Below, piece after piece: positions 39,984-52,709 of a stretch of DNA of 56,752 nt (position 1 is the stretch's first letter; each line of letters opens with the position of its first letter). The notes under the pieces are model-generated. The model saw only the letters and a program-made list of their open reading frames with translations. It did no database searches and had not been told where the DNA came from. The stretch is from a virus (Duplodnaviria > Caudoviricetes): IMG/VR virus record IMGVR_UViG_3300044699_000125, positions 1-56,752 of that record. The stretch is one strand, 5' to 3'. The translations under genes were made by a program, and so were the position numbers.

Positions 39984-41186
39984 TCATGCTGCTCTCGGAA
40001 AAAAGTGGTTCGGTGGGACGTACCAGACGCGCGCCGCCAAGCTGTCGATCTCCAGACTGTTGGTGATGGCACCGCCACCGCCGAACGCAGGCATGGTGCC
40101 CACGAAGCCCACGCCGAAGCCGACGTCCAGTTGAGAGATGAGCAAGTCAAGGTCCCACATGTTCCCCGGCCCGCCCCACGAGATTGTCTCGTCGAAGCTG
40201 GCGGCGGGGGTACGAAACGAGTTAAAGCGCGGCCCCACTTTGCCCGCTGCCGTGTTGGCCTGCAACGCGCCGTTGATGAACAGCCAGTAGGTTGGATGCA
40301 CTTGATAGGGGACCGATGTCGTTGGCGTCACAAAGCGGCCCTCGGCTGACACCTCGACCCCTACCAACCGACACCCGGACGGCACCAGAATGCCGTGCCC
40401 CTGACTCCACAGACCTCGGGTATCGAAATTGCCTGTCTGCGACGCAGTTGCGCGCGAGTCGTCGGACGCTGCTGCGTTGCTGGTGCCCGACCAGATCGTG
40501 CCGGAGCCGCCGAAGGTCGAGGTGGTCCCGGCGGGTGCCCACGGCGTTACCAGAATGCCACTGGCGTAGTCGGGGTTGAGCAGAAGCACGAAGCCGGTGT
40601 AGATCGCGCTGCTGCTCGACGCGAAATTGCCCGACGTGGATTGCGCCGGAACCACCGGCATGTCCGCCACCGTGAACGCGCAGAAGCTGGCCCCCGAGTC
40701 GTACCGCTCTGTGTACCCTGATGGCGGCGTGAAAGTTATCGTGTTGCCGTTGCTCGCCATCAACGCCACTGCCAGCGTGTCGTCGAGCGCCACCTTGGCG
40801 GCGGGGACTGCCGGAGACGAGGTACTGCCGTTGGTGATGTAGCAGGCCGCTATCGGGTAAGTCTGATCGGTGCCCCGGTACTGGATGACGCGCGCATCCT
40901 TCTCGTCGTTCGTTTCCGTCTTCATGTTGAACGACGTGCCGTTTTCGGAGCCGGTGGCAATCCGATAGAACACCCAGCCGTGGGTACCGGTGCGATTCGA
41001 CTCGCCCGCCATGATCCAGCCCGCCAAATCCGTCTCGGAGCGGATCACGTTGGTGTTGGAACTGTTGCGGATGAACAGCAGCAACAGATCGCCAGCCACG
41101 ATGCCGCTGGACGGATAAAACACCGTGATCCCGCCCGACGCCGTGCCGCCGGTGCTGCCGCGTGTGGTGATGTAGGCGATGGTCAT
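39984..41186 (-). CDS. Virion accessory/structural protein
   Basis: AGDLLLLFI...GW..., TPPSGYTERYD, WSGTSNA..SDDSRAT, WGGPGNMW. Confidence 0.7.
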   Translation of the reverse strand: MTIAYITTRGSTGGTASGGITVFYPSSGIVAGDLLLLFIRNSSNTNVIRSETDLAGWIMAGESNRTGTHGWVFYRIATGSENGTSFNMKTETNDEKDARVIQYRGTDQTYPIAACYITNGSTSSPAVPAAKVALDDTLAVALMASNGNTITFTPPSGYTERYDSGASFCAFTVADMPVVPAQSTSGNFASSSSAIYTGFVLLLNPDYASGILVTPWAPAGTTSTFGGSGTIWSGTSNAAASDDSRATASQTGNFDTRGLWSQGHGILVPSGCRLVGVEVSAEGRFVTPTTSVPYQVHPTYWLFINGALQANTAAGKVGPRFNSFRTPAASFDETISWGGPGNMWDLDLLISQLDVGFGVGFVGTMPAFGGGGAITNSLEIDSLAARVWYVPPNHFFPRAA

Positions 41187-44008
<2,822 letters not shown>

Positions 44009-44012
<4 letters not shown>

Positions 44013-44431
44013 GGAGTCGGTTCATCAACCGTCACGCCCAGATTCACGATCACCTGTCCCTCGACCAGCCGATCCTCTGTGCCGTCGGGGTTGTAGCACT
44101 TCAGGTCCCACCAGCCGTCCTTCACCGCGAGGTCGGTGAGTTCGTCGGGAACGATGATGATGACGTAGCCCTGATCGTCGCCGGTGATGCCGCCGTCGGT
44201 ATCCTCGGAGGTCACCGTGAACACCACCTCGGAGGTGGTCTTCTTCGACTTGCGCATCTGCACCCGGAACTGGCAGCCGGTGAAGTCGCGCGGGGTGCCG
44301 ATCTGCATGTTGCCGTCGGTGTCGAGGATCGGGTCACCGGCGACGTCCACCAACAGAGCGCCGAACTGAAATTTCGGGAAGCGGTAGGTCGCCCCCTGCT
44401 CCACCTTGATGTCGTACACCGCCGCAGTCAT
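44009..44431 (-). CDS. Virion structural protein (fibre-attachment type)
   Basis: [11 protein letters not shown]...DFTGC.FR.Q.R...WDL......RLVEG.V. Confidence 0.75.
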
Positions 44432-45072
44432 TACAGCCTCCGCATCCGCACAGAGAGATTGGCGCGGGTGTGGCCCTTGTTGGCCTTCACCATCGCCACG
44501 TTGATCCCGGCAATGAACGCGCCCTGATTGAAGGCCGCCATCTGTGGATTGCTGAAGGTCTTGCCGGGGACGATCTGGAGACTGGACTTGGCTCCCGCAG
44601 CGATGACCTCGACCCAATCCTCGAACAGCGCATCGTCTACAGAGGTGGCGTGGCGCGTGGGCTTCAGGGCCACCCGCAGCGTCACCGCATTGGCCTCGTC
44701 GGCACCGGGCGCGCGGCACAGAGTAATGGTCCGCTCGTCCTTCTGGATGTAGCCGATGGGCGTCGATCCGCCGGTGGAGTGCGCCGGGTTGTAGGTGCCC
44801 GGATCGTCCATGTCGTCGGGTGCGTACGGGACCAGCACCCGGTTGCGATACCACGCCTTCATCACCTTGCACACGAGGTGATGCGACGGCGGTGACAGAT
44901 CGTAGTCGCCGACATTGGCCCGCACCGAGATCGGGTCATGCTCCCTCTGTAGAACCAGCGACCGCTCGCAGAACTCGATGGCTGCCGACGAGATCGCACC
45001 CAGCGCCTGCACGTCGGCGCAGCCGGGTACATCCGGCAGCACATAGGGCAGGAACTCGTCGAGCGGGGTCAT
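44431..45072 (-). CDS. Head-tail adaptor-like protein
   Basis: FLPYVLPDVPGC...AAIEFCERS...VALKPTR. Confidence 0.75.
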   Translation of the reverse strand: MTPLDEFLPYVLPDVPGCADVQALGAISSAAIEFCERSLVLQREHDPISVRANVGDYDLSPPSHHLVCKVMKAWYRNRVLVPYAPDDMDDPGTYNPAHSTGGSTPIGYIQKDERTITLCRAPGADEANAVTLRVALKPTRHATSVDDALFEDWVEVIAAGAKSSLQIVPGKTFSNPQMAAFNQGAFIAGINVAMVKANKGHTRANLSVRMRRL

Positions 45073-45749
45073 ACCCCCTCCATGGTGATCGCGGCCACGT
45101 TGGGCATTGCGCCCTTGCTGGAGTAGTCAGGCGAGAACGCGGCGTCCTTGCGCGTCTTGAGGCCCAACAGCGCCATGAAGGTCTGGAGGTAGGCCGAGGC
45201 CAGTTGCGCGTTCTGGGCGAACTGCGCCTCCTTGCTGTAGCAACGAAACAGCACATAATTTACCAGCGGGTCGGTGTAGATGTCGGTGACCGCCAGAATG
45301 TCGGTGAGCGCCGTGACAGGCGTCGGCAGCTTCGAGTACAGAATCTCGACCTTGGCAGTGCCCTTCTTCGGGTCCGGCACCGGCGGCGAGACGTAGTAGT
45401 GGTACGGGTCCCGGTTGTCGTAGATGTAGTTGCGCACCACCACAGACGGCGTCTGGATGTGCCAGTTGGGGTCGGAGGTGTCGAGGACCTCTCGATCCAC
45501 ATAGCGGATGGCGCGACCGCCGATGTTGCGGATCACGTCCAACAGACGCAGCCCGTTGATCGGCAGGTCCTGCTTGGTGCCGGGGACCAGCGTGACCTGC
45601 TCGTTCACAGACGAGGCGTCCGGGCGCACGAGGACGACGGCGCGCTGGCCGTCGGTGAGCCACTGGAACATCTCGTCGTCCAGCCAGCGGATGCCTTCCT
45701 CATCCTGCAACAGGAGGCGTGCGCGGGTGATGACATCACTAGCAACCAT
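45069..45749 (-). CDS. Head-tail adaptor (DUF6682-like)
   Basis: VITRARLLLQD..IRW.D.E...WL.DGQ...RPDA...YVLFRCYSKE. Confidence 0.8.
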   Translation of the reverse strand: MVASDVITRARLLLQDEEGIRWLDDEMFQWLTDGQRAVVLVRPDASSVNEQVTLVPGTKQDLPINGLRLLDVIRNIGGRAIRYVDREVLDTSDPNWHIQTPSVVVRNYIYDNRDPYHYYVSPPVPDPKKGTAKVEILYSKLPTPVTALTDILAVTDIYTDPLVNYVLFRCYSKEAQFAQNAQLASAYLQTFMALLGLKTRKDAAFSPDYSSKGAMPNVAAITMEGV

Positions 45750-45766
45750 GGTCAGCCCCTAGTCGT

Positions 45767-45797
45767 GGAAGAACCCACGGGATGGTGGTCCCGTGGG
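45767..45797 (-). terminator. Terminator downstream of the capsid gene
   Basis: CCCACGGGA-N6-TCCCGTGGG perfect 9-bp stem, then TTCTT on the minus strand. Confidence 0.65.
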
Positions 45798-45819
45798 CAC
45801 CTCTGTGCTACAGGCCGCC

Positions 45820-46848
45820 TTACGACTGTGCGACGTATGCGATGCCCAGCGCCTCGGTCTTGGTCAAGCCGTAACCGAACACGTTCAGGCCGCGCACGAT
45901 GTTGCCGAACGTCTGCTGCGAGCGCAGCGTCTCCACGTTGGTGATCTGGGACGCGAACGAAATACCGTCCCTGCACCCGAACAGGCACTCGCTCGCAGCC
46001 ACCAAGGCCCCATCGACAATCGCCTCGTAGTTGTTCGACAGGTAGATCGTGAACCGGTCCACCGTCCCGATCTTCCCGTTGCGCAGCGGCGACTTGTCGT
46101 CACCGGTCAGGTACACCGCCTTCAGATCGGACGTCTTGAGCATGAAGCCCATCCACGCCGGGAGGACGATCCAACGCCCCGACTCGGGCACGTTCTGCTC
46201 GTCCAGCACGAGGCCAGCACGCAGGATGATGTCCAGCGGGTTGCACGACGTCGCCGACAGCGAGCCGGGGGCCTTGGTGTTGTCCGGGACCAGCGGAGCC
46301 GTCGTCTTGCCAAGGTTGATCTTGCCGGTGACGACACCGGCGAGGTCGCCCTTATTCTTGGCGGTGACCACCGTTGACCAGCGCGCCGTCGGGCTGCCCG
46401 GAGGATGATTCAAGACCACGGCGTCGATCTTGATCTTCATCTGCTCCGCTGCGTCGTTGGTGAAGTTGTCCATCAACTTCAGGTCCGACTGCACAGCGTT
46501 GACGTCGTCGAGGACCACCGCGAAATACTTGCCCTTGTCGATCAGCAGTTCCAGCGAGTCCGTGTTCGGCTGTTCGAGGGTGAGCGCGAGGCCCTTCTTG
46601 TAGTCGTTGATCGTGATGTCGGGCGTCTTGCGGATCACCACCTTGTCGCCGTGACCCTTGATTTCACCTTCCCAGTCGTTGTTGGTGATTTCCGACAGGA
46701 CGGTGGACTTGTAGAACTTGACTTGCAGCTTGCCGCTCCAGACCTCGGGAATGAAGCGGGCACCTGCAACACCTGTGTCGGACGAATAGTCCGGCGACAC
46801 ACCGGAATAACCGGGCGGAGTTCCCGGAGCGATAGGAAAGACAGCCAT
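45820..46848 (-). CDS. Major capsid protein
   Basis: FIPEVWSGKL...ITNNDWEGEIK..GDKV.I...LDEQNVPESGRW...FGNIVRGLNVFG. Confidence 0.93.
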   Translation of the reverse strand: MAVFPIAPGTPPGYSGVSPDYSSDTGVAGARFIPEVWSGKLQVKFYKSTVLSEITNNDWEGEIKGHGDKVVIRKTPDITINDYKKGLALTLEQPNTDSLELLIDKGKYFAVVLDDVNAVQSDLKLMDNFTNDAAEQMKIKIDAVVLNHPPGSPTARWSTVVTAKNKGDLAGVVTGKINLGKTTAPLVPDNTKAPGSLSATSCNPLDIILRAGLVLDEQNVPESGRWIVLPAWMGFMLKTSDLKAVYLTGDDKSPLRNGKIGTVDRFTIYLSNNYEAIVDGALVAASECLFGCRDGISFASQITNVETLRSQQTFGNIVRGLNVFGYGLTKTEALGIAYVAQS

Positions 46849-46892
46849 GATTGCACCTTTAGCCGGTGACGCTCACGGCAACAGAGGGCACC

Positions 46893-47801
46893 CTAGCGGA
46901 TGCGACCCTCCACCGTCGCGGCGTTGATTTCAGCTTCCGTGACAATCGCCTCTGCGTCTGTGAACCTCCCCGCTCGCCAGTCCGAGTAGAACTGCGCCAC
47001 CTGCGCACGGGTGTAGAACGGCTTCCCGGCGGAGGGCACGCTACGCGATGACGAATCAGGGACGATCTGAGATTCCAGAGCATTGCGCGAATTTGTCGCC
47101 TTGGACTGTTTGGCTTCCTTCCACCCGTTGAAGAACCGCGCAACCCTCTGTGCATCCCGAGCGTCCTTGGCCCGATCCAACAGAGCCTGCCGGGTCACCC
47201 CAGCAAACTCATCCACTCCATCCAGCCACGTCAGGAAGTCTTGATCGACGTTGATCTGTGCCCATTCCGGGCACAGAGAAGTCACCACGTCGATGAAGTT
47301 CTGCCACTGGATTTCTCCAGCGGACTTCTTCAGTGAATCGAGTTCGTCTTTGGTGGCCGTCAGTTCACGCTGCATTGGGGCTTGGGCTTGCGCCATCACC
47401 TCGCGTGCTGCGCGTCGTGCCATGTCCACCAGAGGCTCGCCGAATTCCTGAATCTCCTCGGGCTTGATGAGCGGCTCAATCGGAGCCTTGCTCTGTGCGT
47501 CTTCGAGTTGCTTGGCGAGCGTGCCAACCTTGGCGGTCAGGTCGCTCACCGCTTCCTTCAGGGCGCGGTTATCGGCAGCCATTCTCGGGACTTCGGCGTT
47601 GTACTTCCCGGCGAGTGTCTTGTACTTCGCTTCCCATGTTTCCTGAGTCGGAGCCGGGGCTTCCGGCGCGGGGGCCGGGGACGCTGGCTGCTGCTCTGTG
47701 GGAGGCGTTACCTGCGCAGGCTCGCCCTGCTTTCCGTACGCCTTCTCGTACAACTCATCTGCGAGTTGTCCTGCCCGTTCGACTGCCTGTGGAAGAGCCA
47801 T
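46893..47801 (-). CDS. Capsid scaffolding protein
   Basis: Directly upstream of the capsid gene; KYKTLAGKYNAEVPR, coiled coil, W.QIN.D.DFL.WL, EGRIR terminus. Confidence 0.8.
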   Translation of the reverse strand: MALPQAVERAGQLADELYEKAYGKQGEPAQVTPPTEQQPASPAPAPEAPAPTQETWEAKYKTLAGKYNAEVPRMAADNRALKEAVSDLTAKVGTLAKQLEDAQSKAPIEPLIKPEEIQEFGEPLVDMARRAAREVMAQAQAPMQRELTATKDELDSLKKSAGEIQWQNFIDVVTSLCPEWAQINVDQDFLTWLDGVDEFAGVTRQALLDRAKDARDAQRVARFFNGWKEAKQSKATNSRNALESQIVPDSSSRSVPSAGKPFYTRAQVAQFYSDWRAGRFTDAEAIVTEAEINAATVEGRIR

Positions 47802-47901
47802 TCGTGTGCAAGCCTCAGAAACGTCACCGCGAGCGTGTGTGAAACGTCTTCGCTTCGACTACCCGTAGGTGTTTGCGTCTGCCGGAGTCTGTCCGGCGCA
47901 G

Positions 47902-48138
47902 CTACTCTGTACGTTTGCGATGCATGATGCCCATCGCCTCATCACTGGTTTCGATGATCGACGTCAACGTCTGGACCGAACCCTGCAACCAACGCGCTGC
48001 GACCTCGTCCTTGGCAAGGGACAGCGCGTTGTGGTCCGCATCTCTGCTTGCGACCATCCACTCCTTCACCACCTGCCAGTCCGGGTCGCCTTGCAGCGAC
48101 GCCAGTGCCGACAGGACTCTGTTCTCTGCGCGAATCAA
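47902..48138 (-). CDS. Small head-module protein
   Basis: 78 aa, RWLQG, between portal and scaffold. Confidence 0.65.
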   Translation of the reverse strand: MIRAENRVLSALASLQGDPDWQVVKEWMVASRDADHNALSLAKDEVAARWLQGSVQTLTSIIETSDEAMGIMHRKRTE

Positions 48139-48935
48139 GCCTTCTTGACCTTCTTCACCGTGCCGCCGTCGGCCTTGCCGCCGCCCAGTCCCGGACGACC
48201 TCCGGGACTGCCGGGGCCAGACGCACCGCTGAACGCCTTCTTCAGCGATTTCCAGCCTCTGCCCATCGGGGTCCGGTCCCAGCCGCTCTCGCCTTCCTCG
48301 TCGTCCCCCGCCTTGTCGGCGGCGGGCTTCGGGCTGTCGGGCCTGCCGGAGGGCCGGTCGCTGAACGCATTGGCCGCGCCGGTGACCGCCGCGCCCACCT
48401 TCTTGGCGATGGCCTTGGCGGTGCTGGTGTCGCCGCTGGCCGCCGCTGCCCCGGCAGCCTGACCCGCTGCCTGCATCTTGTTCTTCGGCTTGGGCAGGGC
48501 GGGCGTGTAACCACGATCCTCGGTGGCGGCGGTGCCCATGACCGGAGCCGCTGCGGCAGCGGCGCGCTGACCGGCCAGCATGTTCTGCTCCGGCTCGCGG
48601 TCGCCACCCATGCCCGCAGCAGCCACCGGTGCCGCTGGTACGTCCTGCATCCGCTGCCTCTGACCGGCGTCCGAGTACGCAGCTTCCTGCGCCCTCTGTG
48701 CCGCCTGCTTGGCCTCGTAGTCCTCGCGCGCCGCGAAGGCGGTGTTGCCCGCGCTGTCGTCCTTGAACGGATCGGTGCGGGTGATCTCCACCTCATCACC
48801 GTCGGCGTACTTCTTGACCCGGCCTCCGTTCGCCATCTTCTTCGGCGTGGAGTGGTAGCTGTGCACCGACTTGATGTTGCCGCCGAGGTCGTGCTTGCCC
48901 TTCTTGGCGCAGTCTCTGTAAGTTCCGGCACCCAT
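48135..48935 (-). CDS. Low-complexity protein with xxGGxV motifs
   Basis: KMANGGRV, KYADGDEV, KADGGTV. Confidence 0.7.
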   Translation of the reverse strand: MGAGTYRDCAKKGKHDLGGNIKSVHSYHSTPKKMANGGRVKKYADGDEVEITRTDPFKDDSAGNTAFAAREDYEAKQAAQRAQEAAYSDAGQRQRMQDVPAAPVAAAGMGGDREPEQNMLAGQRAAAAAAPVMGTAATEDRGYTPALPKPKNKMQAAGQAAGAAAASGDTSTAKAIAKKVGAAVTGAANAFSDRPSGRPDSPKPAADKAGDDEEGESGWDRTPMGRGWKSLKKAFSGASGPGSPGGRPGLGGGKADGGTVKKVKKA

Positions 48936-48937
48936 GT

Positions 48938-49393
48938 TCAGCGTCCTTTCACCATGCCACCGTTCTTCAGGTGGAGTGGCTCTGTTTTCGGCATCGGCAG
49001 GTTCTTGGCGGTGGCCTTCGGGTTGCTGGCCTTGTTCTGCACACCCTTCTTGATCTTGCCGCCGTCAGCCTTCTTCACCGGCTCCTCGTCCTTCACCTTC
49101 TTGACTTGACCGGGATCGGGTTCACCGCGCTCGACCGCCGCCATCCGCTCCTCGCGCCGCTTGATGGCGTCGGCGAAGCCGCCGGTGATGATCGGGCTAC
49201 CCTTGGGCTTGGCCTTCTCGCCCATGCCCTTGACCTCGCCACCGTCGGCGTACTTCTTCACCGCTGTGGCCTTGCCGAAGGGACCCTTGGCAACAGCGGC
49301 CTTGCCGCCCTTGCCCTTGTCCTCCTTGGCATCCTTGTCCTTGCCCTTCTGCAACCACGGTGGCAGGGACTTCTGCTTCCCGGCTGGTTTCAT
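48938..49393 (-). CDS. Lys-rich protein with xxGGxV motifs
   Basis: MKPAGKQK..., KYADGGEV, KADGGKI, KNGGMV. Confidence 0.7.
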   Translation of the reverse strand: MKPAGKQKSLPPWLQKGKDKDAKEDKGKGGKAAVAKGPFGKATAVKKYADGGEVKGMGEKAKPKGSPIITGGFADAIKRREERMAAVERGEPDPGQVKKVKDEEPVKKADGGKIKKGVQNKASNPKATAKNLPMPKTEPLHLKNGGMVKGR

Positions 49394-49670
49394 GCTGGCA
49401 TCTCCTGTGGTGGCGCAACGCCTTGAGGCGGTTGGGGATTTGCCCCCTGCGGTGGGGCGAGCATAGGCTGCTGCGCGCCGGGTGACAAGGGACCGGCGGA
49501 GCCGGGTTGCGGCGGTACACCGGGCGGCGGTGCGACCGGTGGGCCAGCAGCGTCCCCGCCGGTGGCCTGCATCGGGGCGGGTTTCGGCTCCGGCACCAGC
49601 TTGTCGGTGTCCATCTGTAAGGTTCGAGCGATGTCCTTCAACAGATAGCGGCGACCGTCCTCGGTGATCG
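49390..49670 (-). pseudogene. 3' fragment of the portal gene
   Basis: ITEDGRRYLLKDIARTLQMDTDKLVP plus a Pro/Gln tail, at the expected portal position; the 5' part is missing. Confidence 0.6.
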
Positions 49671-49805
49671 TCGCGTCCGCCGGAGTTGAGCAGGTTCGGT
49701 TTCTCGCGGTTGGTCGTAGGTGATGTAACCCGCCCGTGCGCCGGCGGCGCCGACGAATGACGCGGCGGCGGTGGCAAGGACGATCGACAGGAATTTCCGG
49801 CTCAT
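49670..49805 (-). pseudogene. 5' fragment of a secreted bacterial protein
   Basis: AAGGAG RBS; MSRKFLSIVLATAAASFVGAAGARA signal peptide, cut off at the junction. Confidence 0.6.
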
Positions 49806-49889
49806 ACGCTCGCTCCTTTGGCGAAAAATGACACGCCCCGCGCCTTCACGCGGCGTGGCCCTCCGAGACTTGGTTCGTTTGTGACGCGG

Positions 49890-51019
49890 TTATTCATGTG
49901 ACAACGATAACCGATGACGGCAATGACGCCCAGCGCGAAGGTGCTGCTGACCCGGAACATCCCCGGCGACACCTTCACCGATTCCGCGGCGCTCGGCGGC
50001 CCTTCGCTGGCGATGCTGTGCAAGCAGCGCAGGCGCCGCGCCCCCACGGACCGACCTCGGCGAGGCGCAAGGTCGATGCTCGTGAAATCCTGCCAGACCG
50101 CGCCGCGGATCCTCATACCCGACTGGACAGCTCGCTCAGACCGCGCAGGACAGGATCCGCCGAGTGCTTGAGCACCGGCAGAGGGACCATCGCGCATGCG
50201 ATGTCCGGATTAAACACCGCGGTCGGCGGCGCGCCTGAGGCGGAGCAACCACTCGAGTTGGCCACGATGCGGGGCGATTTCATCCAGGCGCCGACTCGAC
50301 GATCGTACTGATCGTCGTCGGCAAGCTGAGCGCGCGCCCGCGCGCGCGGAAGCTGGTGAGCGTCGCTTCTGTAATCGAGGGCTGGACGGTTCCTGACATG
50401 TAGGCGATCCGCCGGTGGCCCATAGCCGCAGGTACTCGACCGCGGTGCGGCCGAATCGGTCGTCGTCGAACCGTTGAGCAATTGGCACGGGCCCGCGGGT
50501 GCCAGTGACCTGTGGTCGCCGAACGCGATCACCGCCCGGCAGTCCGCCCGGGCGCAGGCGCTCGAGGTTTCGGTCGCATCGCCGGGGCCGTAGATGAGCC
50601 ACCCCCATCGATACGCCGAGCGCCAGGTGTTTCGGTGGGTGGCGGTTGGTTGGTGAGACGTCGACGCGATTCCAATCGCCGGGGCGGCTCCCCGCGCGGA
50701 CGACAACAACGTCGAGTCGCGTTTGGAGAGCTCCAGTTCGGCGCCACGCATCATCTCGAGGCACGCCGGGTCCAGTCGCGCGTCGGAATCACCGACGTAC
50801 AGGAGCCCGACCTGCTCGACTGTATTCAGGCGGTGCGTCGAGCGGGGCGCGCGCCAGCCGCCGGCCGGCCTGGTTGGCGACGAAGCCGAGGCGCCGCGCG
50901 GCCTCTTGCACTCGGCGCCGGGTTTCGGCGCTGTAGCGCGTGTCGTTGCGGTGCAGGACGTGAGAAACTGAGCGGAAGTCCAAGCCGGTTTCGCGGGCGA
51001 TGTCCTTGAGGGTTGCCAT
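49890..51019 (-). CDS. LacI-family regulator (multiple frameshifts; 3' end approximate)
   Basis: MATLKDIARETGLDFRSVSHVL...YSAETRRRVQEAARRLGF; sensor-domain pieces in shifted frames. Confidence 0.8.
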
Positions 51020-51025
51020 TTCCCG

Positions 51026-51065
51026 ATTCCGAACGTTCGGATCATACATTCCGAACGTTCGGAAT
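51026..51065. promoter_or_regulatory. Tandem palindromic LacI-type operators
   Basis: TCCGAACGTTCGGA (51028-51041) and ATTCCGAACGTTCGGAAT (51048-51065), 22-bp period, central CG. Confidence 0.8.
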
Positions 51066-51131
51066 TGCAAGGAAAATTGCCCGCGCAGCGCCCGCCAATC
51101 ACTCGGGTCTATCTGCTTTTGCTCGCTTGTC

Positions 51132-51909
51132 TTACGGGTATTTCCACGACCACACCCGACGGCCGCTCGTGAAGAAATGCTGACGTGCCTCCAAATGTCC
51201 GTCGTAATACAGCACGTTGGCGCGCTTGCCGGGGTGGCGGAAGGCGTAGAAGCTCGCACCGGTTATCCCCCATCCGTCGCCGGGATCACCATCGATGCCG
51301 TAGCTGTACTCCGGCACGGACCAGCCCCACGCGAACCAGCGCTGGCAGTCAATCACAAGGCTCACCTGCTCGACCAGATTCACCCGGCCGAAGAAATAGG
51401 CCGGCGGGCCGTCCATGGTGTAACGGCCGAGCTTTGCATAGGAGTAATCAAACCACGCGCCGTAGTTGACCTGCGAGTTGATCGCGTAGCTCGACGGGCA
51501 CCATGCGTTCTCGAACATCGGCTGAACCGGCGCGCCGACTTGCGCGGCGAGAGAAGGCGCCGGCGTCAGACGGGCACCGCATGACCGGATACCGCGGCCC
51601 GTTTGAGCCGCCGTAGTTCTGACCTTTGCCCAGATATCCAGTTGCGCTCAGCGGCTTCCAGAAGTAGCTGTAGTAAGGCCAATCCGCCGAGCCGTACTGC
51701 TTCAGCGACGGGATGCGGCCGTGGTTCTCGTTGGCGTAGCCGACGAATGCGATATAGAGCTGTCGGAGGTTGCTCTGGCAAGCGATCGCTTCCGCCTGCC
51801 GCCGGGCCTTCTGGAGCGCCGGCAACAGGATCGCGACCAGCACCGCGATGATGCCGACGACGACCAGGAGCTCGACGAGGGTGAACGCTCTGTTATTCCG
51901 CGCGTGCAT
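51132..51909 (-). CDS. Prepilin-type N-terminal cleavage/methylation protein with H-X9-DG motif (DUF1559-like; frameshift near 51,530)
   Basis: [28 protein letters not shown]...C.SNLRQ; RHPGKRANVLYYDGH. Confidence 0.9.
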
Positions 51910-51920
51910 GACATCACCTC

Positions 51921-52709
51921 TCAGCGACGCCGTCGTCGAACAAACATCGCGCCGCCTGCCATCAGCATCAGACCGCCCGCCGTGCCCGGTTCCGGCACGA
52001 ACAAGACGTTTGTCGATGTCAATGCTGTTCGTGCTGCCAGTCGGATCAATTGAGATGCGGTCGACCACGAGCTGAGGAGGGGTGCCACCCTGGTTCAGGT
52101 ACAGATTGTTAAGCCGCACGCCGTTCCAGTCGACGCTGTAAGTCCCGTAGGTCGTCGCGCCGCTGGGAGCGGGGTCCGATTTGAAGAAGACGGTTACCGT
52201 CTGCCATGAGCCGATCGGGAAATTATTGGAGACCGTGCCGAACGCGTTGGGTCGGTCTGGCCGAAACCGCTTCCATTGCCGCGTGAGCGGAACAGCAGCG
52301 GCGTGCTGGTGTTGTTCGCGTTGTGGAACCACGAGAGGTTGACGGGCTGGAGCCCCGAGGCGGTGAACAGCTCGATGCTCGTGGCCGAGTCGACGCCCTG
52401 ATTGAAGCGGATGTCGAAGCGCACGAACCCCTGCGTGGCGCCCGCGAAGATCCGCCGCGCCGACATGTTTGCCGACGACGATGTATCGCGTGCCGCGAGG
52501 AAGTGGTTCCCGCCGCCTTCGGAGGCGACGTTGCCGGTGATGCTGGTTCCGTTGGCGCCGCTGATCGTCCAGTTCGCCGGCTGCGAGCCGACCGTGTCGG
52601 ACTGGAACGTGTCGAGCGATGCCTGGCCGTAGGCGAATGCGCCCAGGGCAAGCACGATCGCGATGGTAGACGCGCCGGTCCGCGCCGGCGTCTGATAGTT
52701 CTCACTCAT
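51921..52709 (-). CDS. PEP-CTERM protein (frameshifted)
   Basis: Signal peptide; ends VPEPGTAGGLMLMAGGAMFVRRRRR. Confidence 0.85.
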
